A stretch of DNA of 62,938 bases, filler included, from Octopus bimaculoides (GCF_001194135.2; 4 parts of 4 records of this genome joined end to end with filler, not necessarily neighbours in it); one strand, 5' to 3'; numbered from the whole stretch's first letter, positions 50,429-62,458 are shown. Numbers and translations: made by a program. The notes: generated by a model from the sequence alone, not told the origin.

Positions 50429-51772
50429 NNNNNNNNNNNNNNNNNNNNNNNNNNNNNNNNNNNNNNNNNNNNGTACACACACACACAAACACATATGTAT
50501 ATACATACATATGTATGTGTGTGCGTTTGAATGTGTGTGTGTGTGAGTACGTGTGTATATGCGTGTATGTGTACATGTGCGCACCAAAGGACACCAGAGA
50601 CATCAGCAACAGTAGAACTGGTCCAAACTAACACCAACACCACCATCAACACTTCTCTACCACCAGCTAACGCAACCAAACATATGCTAATGCCAAATCC
50701 CTATCTTATTCTTACAGTCCCCCTCCTCTTCCTAACCGTAATCCCTGACGGCAATACTTACTTCTCTGTGGAGACACAATTCCTGACAGACCCACAAGAT
50801 AGACCGATGACTAATCTTTTAATTGGTTAAAACAAAACGCAACACGACGCAACAGAAAAACAGCAACAAAATAAACAATACTTAACAATAACAGCACTTA
50901 TAATCACGCTGTCTAGCCACCAGTAAACAGTAATATAATGAAGGATCCTCTGTATGGTCTTTGGACCAATTAAAACTAGCAGTCTACTCTGTTTAAGCAG
51001 ACATATAATCAAAGGCATTCCAGTCGTGACCAGCACACCTCTTTTCTGGGTATAGAACAACTCAGATTGTATTAGCCATTGTATCCTTCCTAATGATTTC
51101 AGGGTGGTTTAGCTACAGTTTCTAGAAGATAGAATGGTTTCCGTGGTCGAGCCACTGATGGAGAGGAATATTATTGTTGTTGCTGTGGTGTTGTGGTAAT
51201 GATGATAGTGGTGACAGTGGTGGTGATGGTGGCAGTGGTGGTGGTGGCAGCGGTGGTGGTGGTGGCAGTGGTAGTGGTGGCAGCGGTGGCGGTGGTGGTG
51301 NNNNNNNNNNNNNNNNNNNNNNNNNNNNNNNNNNNNNNNNNNNNNNNNNNNNNNNNNNNNNNNNNNNNNNNNNNNNNNNNNNNNNNNNNNNNNNNNNNNN
51401 NNNNNNNNNNNNNNNNNNNNNNNNNNNNNNNNNNNNNNNNNNNNNNNNNNNNNNNNNNNNNNNNNNNNNNNNNNNNNNNNNNNNNNNNNNNNNNNNNNNN
51501 NNNNNNNNNNNNNNNNNNNNNNNNNNNNNNNNNNNNNNNNNNNNNNNNNNNNNNNNNNNNNNNNNNNNNNNNNNNNNNNNNNNNNNNNNNNNNNNNNNNN
51601 NNNNNNNNNNNNNNNNNNNNNNNNNNNNNNNNNNNNNNNNNNNNNNNNNNNNNNNNNNNNNNNNNNNNNNNNNNNNNNNNNNNNNNNNNNNNNNNNNNNN
51701 NNGGAAATGGCTGTGGGGAGGGTAGATTATGGGAGAAAGTTAAAAAAAGAAACAAAGAAGAAAATATATAAA

Positions 51773-51997
51773 CGGTAATCATTCGCCATATCGTGGTTCA
51801 CTTATCGCGGTTTATTATTTAAGCTTACGTCGATTCCTCCATGGTGTTGTTTTGCATTTATAATAAAATAAATATATACAAATTATAAAAGTAATTTTTA
51901 AAAATATACAGTACAGTACTGTTTCTACTTCGCGGATTTTCACCTATCGCGGGGTGGGAGTTGGAACGTAGCACCCGCGATAGTCGAGGAATTACTG
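51773..51997. mobile_element. Tigger/pogo-like MITE, uninterrupted (225 bp)
   Basis: Ends CGGTAATCATTCGCCATATCG and CCGCGATAGTCGAGGAATTACTG followed by TA. Confidence 0.8.
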
Positions 51998-52088
51998 TAT
52001 ATGAAACGCCATGTTATTATTACAAGACATCACAGAACCCAAGCCAGAGCAACTTCCACATACAAACCTCCTCACATTGCCCTTTCGA

Positions 52089-52310
<222 letters not shown>

Positions 52311-52628
52311 ATTCACACACTTTGTCAGAAGCAATTTCCCAATTTTACTACCCTCAACCTCCTACCTCATCACTCTTCTTTCTCTCACCACCCCTCCTTG
52401 TCGTTCTTTCTTTCTTCCTTTCATTCTATCTCTTTCTTTTTTTTTTTTATCTTTTATTTTTCCTTATCCTACAAATATCTCACTGATCCCATGATTTCGC
52501 CATCTTTCAATCGTCACAGCCGGTGTGAGAAAGAAGGAACGGCGAAATTAAAGGATCCAAAATCCTCGCGATTCCTGTTCCTCTCTCCCACCCCGTCTGC
52601 TATATTATACACTACCAGAAATCATCTT

Positions 52629-52659
<31 letters not shown>

Positions 52660-53389
52660 TTTTTGCTAATTTTTTTTTTTTACCTTTTTATCATGTGGAC
52701 TCTAGTATAAACAAACTCCTATAAAAACATACACATTTACAAACACACACACACACACACACATTAGCATACACATACATTCATGCATAAATACATACAT
52801 GCATACATACATACATACGTACCTATACTCACATACGTACACACACACACTCTCTCACACACACACACACACACACTCACACTCACACACACACACATAC
52901 ACACTGGAAATGCCTGGATGGTCCACTTGGAAGATTACAAATCTAGAAGAAAATGTTTAGGACAGCTGTCTAAACAAATTTTGATGATGATGATGATGAT
53001 GATGATGAGGATGATGATGATGACGACGACNNNNNNNNNNNNNNNNNNNNNNNNNNNNNNNNNNNNNNNNNNNNNNNNNNNNNNNNNNNNNNNNNNNNNN
53101 NNNNNNNNNNNNNNNNNNNNNNNNNNNNNNNNNNNNNNNNNNNNNNNNNNNNNNNNNNNNNNNNNNNNNNNNNNNNNNNNNNNNNNNNNNNNNNNNNNTA
53201 AAAGGGCCTTAGTCAGAAAATACCGTCCTAAAAATACGAGCTGTTCCAGGGAAGACAAAATTTTTGGAGCATTCGTATGTATATCTTGTTGTTTGACGGT
53301 TCCAGGTGGGAGGATAGACCTTTGAAGATTAAATGTAATGCTCCAATGATAACTGGTACAACTTTAACTTTTACTAAAGAGTATCCCAA

Positions 53390-53940
53390 TCCTTAGCATG
53401 CCGCACAAAATGCTTAGCAACATTTCGTTCGTTTTTGCGTTCTGAGTTCAAATTCCGCTGAGGTCGACTTTGCCTTTCATCCTTATGGGATCGATAAAAT
53501 AAGTACCAATTGTATTTGATTTACTCCCTCCCCAAAAATTTCAGGTTTTGTGCCTATAATAGAAAGGATTGGCACTTCGTCTGTCTGACTTTGCCTTTCA
53601 TCCTTTCGGAGTCGATAAATTAAGTACCAGTCAAGTACTGGGGATCGATGTGATCGATTGTCCCCCTCCCCACAAAAATCAAGGCCTTGTACCTATAGTA
53701 GAAAGGATCGTTATTATTATTGCTAAGGCGGCAAGCTGTCAGAATCGTTAGCCCGCCGGGCGAAATGCTTAACGGTATTTCGTCTGCCGCTACGTTCTGA
53801 GTTCAAATTCCGCTGAGGTTGACTTTGCCTTTCATTCTTTCAGGATCGATAAAATAAGTACCAGTTGAGCACTGGGGTCGATGTAATCGACTAGTCCCCT
53901 CTCCCGAAATTTCAGGCCTTGTGCATATAGTAGAAAGAAT
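53390..53940 (+). mobile_element. Three head-to-tail SINE family C copies, tail variant GCCTTGTGCCTATAGTAGAAAGGAT
   Basis: Core GACTTTGCCTTTCAT...CGATAAA.TAAGTACCA recurs near 53467, 53587 and 53821. Confidence 0.9.
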
Positions 53941-53945
53941 TGTTC

Positions 53946-53977
<32 letters not shown>

Positions 53978-54325
53978 ATAACAGTTACATGCTGCATTAG
54001 TTAGCATGGATATTGTCTTGAGGATTAGTGACAACAAGTCTCCTCAGATCTTAAGAATCTTTCTTATGATTCCTTCAGAATACAGGATTGCACTTTTCTG
54101 CCAGTCTCGATGCCAATGGCCTTCAGCCTCTTAGATAGCAATTTGGGTCTTGAGTCAAGTGCACCAATTACCACAAGAATAATTGTCATATTAGTCTTCC
54201 ACTATCTCTTCATATTTCTGTTTAGGCCTGATATTTTTCTTTTTTTTTTTAATTCTTTGGCATTCATTCTATTATCATATCTGTTTTCGCTGTCCTGTTT
54301 GTGTTATCAATTTTGACCCTCCGCA
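53941..54325 (-). mobile_element. 3' end of an R4/Dong-like (restriction-like endonuclease) non-LTR element with (AAC)n tail
   Basis: EKYQ...WKTNMTIILVVIGALDS...QKSAILYSEGIIRKILKI-stop (TGA at 54044-54046), a short UTR, then (AAC)n. Confidence 0.75.
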
Positions 54326-54329
54326 AAAT

Positions 54330-54573
54330 CCCAAATTTTATTTAATTTGCTCTGCGGGAGCAACTGTTATGTCGAAAACGTATCTTGTTGTGAAATGCTC
54401 GAAATACGAGAGTAGAAAAACAGCCAACAACTGATGAAGGGTTGTTCTTTATGCTGTGTGTTTTGTTTTCCATTCGTGTCTTTCGTTGTTCGAAAAAATA
54501 GTTCACATTCCATGTACTCGTACTTTGCATTATTTTGTTGTACACGTTTCATGACGTCCTGTGCCCACATATG
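54330..54573. repeat. Diverged relative of the unclassified repeat at 9886 and 55198
   Basis: Shares ATTTAATTTGC, CTGATGAAG and GTCCTGTGCCCACATATG in the same order. Confidence 0.5.
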
Positions 54574-55197
54574 NNNNNNNNNNNNNNNNNNNNNNNNNNN
54601 NNNNNNNNNNNNNNNNNNNNNNNNNNNNNNNNNNNNNNNNNNNNNNNNNNNNNNNNNNNNNNNNNNNNNNNNNNNNNNNNNNNNNNNNNNNNNNNNNNNN
54701 NNNNNNNNNNNNNNNNNNNNNNNNNNNNNNNNNNNNNNNNNNNNNNNNNNNNNNNNNNNNNNNNNNNNNNNNNNNNNNNNNNNNNNNNNNNNNNNNNNNN
54801 NNNNNNNNNNNNNNNNNNNNNNNNNNNNNNNNNNNNNNNNNNNNNNNNNNNNNNNNNNNNNNNNNNNNNNNNNNNNNNNNNNNNNNNNNNNNNNNNNNNN
54901 NNNNNNNNNNNNNNNNNNNNNNNNNNNNNNNNNNNNNNNNNNNNNNNNNNNNNNNNNNNNNNNNNNNNNNNNNNNNNNNNNNNNNNNNNNNNNNNNNNNN
55001 NNNNNNNNNNNNNNNNNNNNNNNNNNNNNNNNNNNNNNNNNNNNNNNNNNNNNNNNNNNNNNNNNNNNNNNNNNNNNNNNNNNNNNNNNNNNNNNNNNNN
55101 NNNNNNNNNNNNNNNNNNNNNNNNNNNNNNNNNNNNNNNNNNNNNNNNNNNNNNNNNNNNNNNNNNNNNNNNNNNNNNNNNNNNNNNNNNNNNNTAT

Positions 55198-55392
55198 ATG
55201 AAGCTCGTCGAAACGCCGGTGTTAAAACGTGGGTAGCTGATGAAGTAGAATGTTCTCTATGTGGCTCGTGTGTTCTCGTCTACGTTTGTTTGCAATGTCC
55301 TGTACCCAGATATGCACCTATACATACAGGTGGATGTCGGTATGCACATACCTGTACGTATATATGCATATACTCATTTACTATTTGTTTTT
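55198..55392. repeat. Unclassified young interspersed repeat, copy 2
   Basis: Reverse complement of 9886-10081 with about 2 differences. Confidence 0.88.
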
Positions 55393-56439
55393 ATATATAT
55401 ATGTGTGTGTAGAGAGAGAGAGAAATGTATACATATAAATGCATACATACACATGTGTATTTTATACATAAAGATAATAAAATACACAAGATACATGCGT
55501 GTAGAGGTTGTATATATCATTGCATTACTTGTGTGTATTTCTGAGTATATGCATATATTTGTGTGCGTCTCTCTGCATCTCTCTCCGTACCTGTGCATGT
55601 GTTCGCATGAATATGTGTTCTTATGTATAGATAACTCATGTACCAGAATGTTTATGCATATACAGGAATGACTAAGCATACATATATGTATATGTGTGTG
55701 CGTGTGTGTGTATTTATATATGTATGTGTGTTTATATACGCACACACTTATTTATGTATGTGTTTGTGTGTATATATATATATATATNNNNNNNNNNNNN
55801 NNNNNNNNNNNNNNNNNNNNNNNNNNNNNNNNNNNNNNNNNNNNNNNNNNNNNNNNNNNNNNNNNNNNNNNNNNNNNNNNNNNNNNNNNNNNNNNNNNNN
55901 NNNNNNNNNNNNNNNNNNNNNNNNNNNNNNNNNNNNNNNNNNNNNNNNNNNNNNNNNNNNNNNNNNNNNNNNNNNNNNNNNNNNNNNNNNNNNNNNNNNN
56001 NNNNNNNNNNNNNNNNNNNNNNNNNNNNNNNNNNNNNNNNNNNNNNNNNNNNNNNNNNNNNNNNNNNNNNNNNNNNNNNNNNNNNNNNNNNNNNNNNNNN
56101 NNNNNNNNNNNNNNNNNNNNNNNNNNNNNNNNNNNNNNNNNNNNNNNNTGTGTGTGTGCGTGTGTGTGTGTCAGTGCAGGAATGCTCTACTATCTTCCAG
56201 ATAATTACCCATGCGGTCTCCGATGGCCTGAAGAAAGATATCAAAGGGAGAAGATCAACTCAATATAGGTCAGTAGTATTTTCCTTCCCTCTACCAGTTC
56301 CCGTAAGAGAGTGATGGCATCGCATGTTTACATTGCATGAATACTTAGCATTTTTCGCACACACATACATGAGCGCGTACACACACGCACGCGGACATAT
56401 ATTTGTATGTATGCATGTGTGTGGATGATATATGTATGT

Positions 56440-56550
56440 ATATATACAAATGATAAATGAGTATATGCATATATACGTGCATGTATGTACATACCTACAT
56501 CTACATGTATATATAGATACATATCTGGGTATATGACGTTGCAAAAGAAC
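56440..56550. repeat. Older partial copy of the same unclassified repeat
   Basis: AAATGAGTATATGCATATATACGTGCATGTATGTACATACC...CATATCTGGGTATATGACGTTGCAAA parallels 9900-9990. Confidence 0.65.
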
Positions 56551-57467
56551 ATGGACAAAATGATAAACAGAAAAATTCATTAAAATCTATGCATGTCAAC
56601 ATGGAAGACGCCAGAAATGGCTAGGCACAATACAGAGCTCACGGTGAATTAAATAGTATTGAAGACATCAAGTGTTGGTAAGATACTGCAGATATGCATG
56701 TACCAAATCCAATTTAGACCGTAGATTCGATTCTGGGATTGGTCCTTAGTATGACGTAAAAGTAAACACAAATGGCGTTCAAATTTCACGGCAGCTGATT
56801 CGCTGTTTCGGTGGAATTATATTAATGCATTGATTTTTCTATGAATGTATTAATAAAATTCTACCGTAAATTTTAAACGTTATTTGCATTTATNNNNNNN
56901 NNNNNNNNNNNNNNNNNNNNNNNNNNNNNNNNNNNNNNNNNNNNNNNNNNNNNNNNNNNNNNNNNNNNNNNNNNNNNNNNNNNNNNNNNNNNNNNNNNNN
57001 NNNNNNNNNNNNNNNNNNNNNNNNNNNNNNNNNNNNNNNNNNNNNNNNNNNNNNNNNNNNNNNNNNNNNNNNNNNNNNNNNNNNNNNNNNNNNNNNNNNN
57101 NNNNNNNNNNNNNNNNNNNNNNNNNNNNNNNNNNNNNNNNNNNNNNNNNNNNNNNNNNNNNNNNNNNNNNNNNNNNNNNNNNNNNNNNNNNNNNNNNNNN
57201 NNNNNNNNNNNNNNNNNNNNNNNNNNNNNNNNNNNNNNNNNNNNNNNNNNNNNNNNNNNNNNNNNNNNNNNNNNNNNNNNNNNNNNNNNNNNNNNNNNNN
57301 NNNNNNNNNNNNNNNNNNNNNNNNNNNNNNNNNNNNNNNNNNNNNNNNNNNNNNNNNNNNNNNNNNNNNAGAATTAACATTGCTTGTTTTCACTTTTTCG
57401 ATATCAGTGAAGAATTTCACTGGAAAAATATACATAAGGTTGCCAAGAATTTATATCTCTCATCGAA

Positions 57468-57535
57468 GGTCGGTAGCTATCGGACGCTGACGAAGGGAAA
57501 TAACCCTGAAACCCGGGTCCATTCGTGCTACGATC
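57468..57535 (+). ncRNA. Near-intact type I hammerhead ribozyme motif
   Basis: CTGACGA at 57487-57493; stem II AGGG-aaataa-CCCT; GAAA at 57508-57511; palindromic helix III ACCCGGGT; GUC triplet at 57517-57519; stem I CGGACG/CATTCG extended by GTAGC/GCTAC and GGTC/GATC. Confidence 0.82.
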
Positions 57536-58883
57536 ACGATGAGAGGGATAACTTCCCTTGGCAAAACAAACAGGACACAGTAGTGTGTCGATAAGCCAGC
57601 TGGAGGAGATGTCCTCCTGGGGCTAAAGCAACAGTAACATCCACCCCTGTCTGGCCAATGTTACGATTAGAATTGTCAAGTTTGCAACTTTACTTCCATT
57701 TTTACATTGGTGATCTGCAGCTTGTTATCAAGTTTACATGCTTGTGGTGCACTGTTGATAAAGGAGGCTTTTGGTTTTATTGCTTTTGTAATATATTATC
57801 AATATCAGTTTATGGTTTGATATGATCCATTTTGTGTTTTATTTTATGAGATTTTTTTTTTATTATACATACGTCAGTTCTGTACCTGGCATACATTTAA
57901 TTCATATAGCACACGATAGCCTGCACAATATCTGTAAGTCCGCTAGCCTGCTCACCACGTTAAAAAGAATGTCTAATACTTGAAAAACAAAACTTAAAGA
58001 TACTAATACCAGCACTACAGCTGATAGTTACTTGATTAATATCTCCTTCTGATGGTAGTCGATTGGCATAGCTGATAGAACGTCGACTAGAATGCTTTGC
58101 GTCATTCGTTCCGGCTCTCTATGCCCAGTGTTCAAATCCTATCAAGTTCAACCAGCTTTCACTCCTTTCAGTGTCGTTACATAAAGTACCAATCAAAGCT
58201 CTTTTCAGGATGGACGCGGTTAGGTTTAAGAGCCCATGACAAGCCGTAATATATCACGATGGCACCGCTATGACCCCCATCAGGAATTGAGGCCTCTCCT
58301 TAACACTATCGTCCAGTTACCTTTAAGAATAGTGTTCCTCAAAGTGAACGGTACCGCCTCCTGTTGGGGACAAAGGGGCAACATGTGCATCTTTTAACTG
58401 CCTAATTTTCAAAACTATTTTTAGTGTGTGTGTATGTATGTGTGTGTGTGTAGAAGAGACAGACAGAAAGAAAGAAAGAAAGAAAGAAAGAAAGGAAGGA
58501 AGGCAGGAAGGGAGGAGGGAGGGAAAAGGAAAGAAAGAAAGAAAGAGAGACNNNNNNNNNNNNNNNNNNNNNNNNNNNNNNNNNNNNNNNNNNNNNNNNN
58601 NNNNNNNNNNNNNNNNNNNNNNNNNNNNNNNNNNNNNNNNNNNNNNNNNNNNNNNNNNNNNNNNNNNNNNNNNNNNNNNNNNNNNNNNNNNNNNNNNNNN
58701 NNNNNNNNNNNNNNNNNNNNNNNNNNNNNNNNNNNNNNNNNNNNNNNNNNNNNNNNNNNNNNNNNNNNNNNNNNNNNNNNNNNNNNNNNNNNNNNNNNNN
58801 NNNNNNNNNNNNNNNNNNNNNNNNNNNNNNNNNNNNNNNNNNNNNNNNNNNNNNNNNNNNNNNNNNNNNNNNNNNNNNNNNNN

Positions 58884-59225
58884 CATCCTTTCAGGGGTCG
58901 ATAAATTAAGTACCAGTTACGCATTGGAGTCGATGTAATCGACTTAATCCTTTTGTCTGTCCTTGTTTGTCCCTTCTATGTTTAGCCCCTTGTGGGCAAT
59001 AAAGAGATAAGAAACGTTAGCACGCCGGGCGAAATGCTGAGTGGTATTTCGTCTGCCGTTACGTTCTGATTTCAAATTCTGTCGAGGTCGACTTTGCCTT
59101 TCATCCTTTCAGGGGTCGATAAATCAAGTACCAGTTACGCATTGGAGTCGATGTAATCGACTTAATCCCTTTGTCTGTCCTTGTTTGTCCCTTCTATGTT
59201 TAGCCCCCTGTGGGCAATAAAGAAA
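58884..59225 (+). mobile_element. Tandem pair of SINE family C copies, 218-bp period
   Basis: 58884-59010 repeats at 59102-59225 with about 3 differences and shared private variants. Confidence 0.9.
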
Positions 59226-59249
59226 GAAATATCATTGTTATCATTATTG

Positions 59250-59440
59250 GCAGACTGGCAGAATCATTAGCGCGTCGGAGAAATTACGACTCTTAATAGT
59301 CTTAGTTCAAATTCCGCCGAGGTCAACTTTACCGTTAATCCTTTTGGGGTGGAGGGGTCGATCAAATAAAGTCCCAGTTTAGAACTGGGGTCGATGTAAT
59401 CGACTTGCTCTATCTTAAAATTGCTGCGCTTGCGCAAAAA
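59250..59440 (+). mobile_element. SINE family C, diverged copy
   Basis: GGCAGAATCATTAGCGCG...AGTTCAAATTCCGCCGAGGTCAAC...CTGGGGTCGATGTAATCGACT. Confidence 0.78.
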
Positions 59441-59744
59441 TTAAAATGATTTATTACCATTACTACCGCCACTACTACTATTACTATTATCAGCATCACT
59501 ACCACAACTTAACAATCCCCCATCATCATCATAATCTATACTACTGTATTCTATTTTATATGTTAGTTGAATGAATGTGTATTTAAATCCGACAGCTTTG
59601 GCACAGAGATATACTAGCAATGAAAAAAAGTACAGTAAGCACTAACAAACAAACACACAAAAAAGGGAACAAAATAAACAAATAATGAATGAACAAATAA
59701 ATAAATGAATGAAAGACACCCCTCCTCCTCTACTTTCTCTCCTA

Positions 59745-59792
<48 letters not shown>

Positions 59793-60437
59793 ACAGAAGT
59801 CGTAAAAAAATCAACAATGAAATAAAAAATATTTCACTATGTATAAAAAAAAACTTCTTCATAATGAACGAGTGACTAGCTAGTAGGTGGACGAGTTGTA
59901 CGAAAAAACTTATGTAAATTTAAAGAAAAAAAAAAACAAGAGAAAAATACGATCAACAACAACACCAACCAAAAAAGACAAGAACTATAAAAAAAAACGT
60001 AGGAAATTCAAGAAAAAAAACCGAAATTAGGGTAAATGTTGGCGAAGTGATGTTTGGAATGTGGATAATTGACGGGATATTTAACAGTGAAGGGGCAAAG
60101 AGAGATGATGTCAAGATCTGTAGATGATGTGTCACAATCGTAGTAGCCTCAGCGTTTGACAGAAAGACTTAAATATATAACGACTTCGAACCCCCCAATC
60201 CCTTCCTTCCTTTCTTCCGCCATTTTTTTTTTCCTTCAATAACATACCACGTTTCGTAAGACGCTCATTTCATGAGAAACAGAAACATACGCGTAAGCAT
60301 ATACACACTCGTATGCTATGTGTAGACAGGTGTGCATGTGTTTAAGTATGAAACGTATGAAAGTGTGTAAAATATATATTCGTGTGTAGTATATGTGTGT
60401 GTACGCGCGCGTGTGTGTGTGTGTGTGTGAGCGCGTG

Positions 60438-60530
60438 TGGTCGCACCTTGGGTAAGTATCTTGACCCTCCCTGGCCGACCAAAGCCTTGTGAGTGGAATT
60501 GATAGATGAAAACTGAAGTCTGTCGTGTGT
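60438..60530 (+). mobile_element. SINE family B, internal fragment
   Basis: GCACCTTGGGTAAGTATCTT...GGCCGACCAAAGCCTTGTGAGTGGA. Confidence 0.7.
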
Positions 60531-60531
60531 A

Positions 60532-60565
<34 letters not shown>

Positions 60566-60597
60566 CTCTGTCTTCTTTTTCTATTCCACTTTCTTCT

Positions 60598-60632
60598 GTT
60601 TCTGAAGAAGAACTTTGCTCGAAACGTTAAAC
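60598..60632 (+). ncRNA. Minimal hammerhead ribozyme-like motif, degenerate
   Basis: GTTT CTGAAGA A GAAC-ttt-GCTC GAAA CG T T AAAC: 4-bp stem I, stem II with one mismatch, palindromic AACGTT at helix III. Confidence 0.55.
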
Positions 60633-60774
60633 CACCTTTCTTTCCTTCCCTGAGCGTCTGCTAATACTTTACATGCACCACGTCCTCGCGTTGTTGTTTT
60701 TTGTGCTTGTTCCTCACTTTTTTTTATTTACTATACACACGCACATATATGTATATATATATATATATACGACG

Positions 60775-60900
60775 AGCTTCTTTCAGNNNNNNNNNNTTTT
60801 TATTTACTATACACACGCACATATATGTATATATATATATATATACGACGAGCTTCTTTCAGTTTCCGCCTACCAAATCCATGCACAAGGCTTTGGGCGT
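60775..60900 (-). mobile_element. SINE family B internal fragment, partly duplicated across a 10-N gap
   Basis: CGACGAGCTTCTTTCAGTTTCCGCCTACCAAATCC; 60725-60786 repeats at 60797-60860. Confidence 0.75.
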
Positions 60901-61524
60901 GTTTTCGACGACTCAGTAACCTTTTCTATTTGATTCTAGTGGTCCACATGAACCAAGTCGGGAACCCCTGATCTAGATACAGCCTTCATTGGAAATAACT
61001 TGAGCCAGTTCAAGTGAACGTATTCCATACATTTACAGAGCTGGTTATCTTACGATTGTACAGTCACTCCATCTTTACACGCGGCACTTAAATATATAGA
61101 AATTCAATATATACTAATTTCAGATGGATACTTATTTTTTACGCGTTTTCATTTATCGAGTTACTGTCTACACCACTCACATTGGCCCTGTCTTACATAA
61201 AGTGGCAGCAACATATGCCGATGTCACTTTATCTTGAAAGTGTAGCTTTTTAAAGTCTAGAAATGTTGACGATGGATTTAGGAATTTGACAATTCGAAAA
61301 AAACAACCTACAAGGAACTAATAATAAAGGTATATAAAAAAAAAAACTCGATAAAAAGGGCAAAACTAAAACAGTCATGTTTTCAATACAGCACACTCAT
61401 ATACATTTTTAGGGAAGCACTCGTCAGATTACCATCAGCTTCTCCTTGGCTCTCCGAGACCCGGATCGATATCATGAACCCTCCATTTATAGTCCCTGTG
61501 TGCGCACTTCTGTGTGTGTGTTAT

Positions 61525-61730
61525 TTTTTTACTACCCACAAGGGGCTAGACACAGAGGGGACAAACAAGGACAACAAACGGATTAAGTCGATTATATCGA
61601 CCCCAGTGCGTAACTGGTACTTATTTAATCGACCCCGAAAGGATGAAAGGCAAAGTCGACCTCGGCGGAATTTGAACTCAGAACGTAGCGCAGACGAAAC
61701 ACCGCTAAGAATTTATCGCCTGGCCTGCTG
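61525..61730 (-). mobile_element. SINE family C
   Basis: CCCACAAGGGGCTAGACACAGAGGGGACAAACAAGGAC...GGAATTTGAACTCAGAACGT. Confidence 0.9.
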
Positions 61731-61884
61731 ATGTGTTTACGTCCCCGTAAATTAGAGGTTCGGCAAAAAGAGACCGATAGAACAAGTACTAGGCTTACAA
61801 AGAATAAGTCCTGGGGGCGATTTGCTCGACTAAAGGCGGTGCTCCAGCATGGCCGCAGTCAAATGACTGAAACAAGTAAAAGAG
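61730..61884 (+). mobile_element. SINE family B, 3' half
   Basis: GTGTTTACGTCCCCGTAA...CATGGCCGCAGTCAAATGACTGAAACAAGTAAAAGAG. Confidence 0.9.
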
Positions 61885-62458
61885 TATGCATATGTAAANN
61901 NNNNNNNNNNNNNNNNNNNNNNNNNNNNNNNNNNNNNNNNNNNNNNNNNNNNNNNNNNNNNNNNNNNNNNNNNNNNNNNNNNNNNNNNNNNNNNNNNNNN
62001 NNNNNNNNNNNNNNNNNNNNNNNNNNNNNNNNNNNNNNNNNNNNNNNNNNNNNNNNNNNNNNNNNNNNNNNNNNNNNNNNNNNNNNNNNNNNNNNNNNNN
62101 NNNNNNNNNNNNNNNNNNNNNNNNNNNNNNNNNNNNNNNNNNNNNNNNNNNNNNNNNNNNNNNNNNNNNNNNNNNNNNNNNNNNNNNNNNNNNNNNNNNN
62201 NNNNNNNNNNNNNNNNNNNNNNNNNNNNNNNNNNNNNNNNNNNNNNNNNNNNNNNNNNNNNNNNNNNNNNNNNNNNNNNNNNNNNNNNNNNNNNNNNNNN
62301 NNNNNNNNNNNNNNNNNNNNNNNNNNNNNNNNNNNNNNNNNNNNNNNNNNNNNNNNNNNNNNNNNNNNNNNNNNNNNNNNNNNNNNNNNNNNNNNNNNNN
62401 NNNNNNNNNNNNNNNNNNNNNNNNNNNNNNNNNNNNNNNNNNNNNNNNNNNNNNNNNN

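Noticed and set aside
55200-55250. GAAAC followed by CTGATGA as a permuted hammerhead
   Set aside because: Stem I and stem II cannot be formed in the required register; kept only as an unclassified repeat.
60725-60860. 62-bp direct repeat around a 10-N gap
   Set aside because: Typical unmerged contig overlap.
60940-60970. GGGAACCCCTG resembling a hAT/Charlie TIR
   Set aside because: No matching opposite terminus was found in the window.
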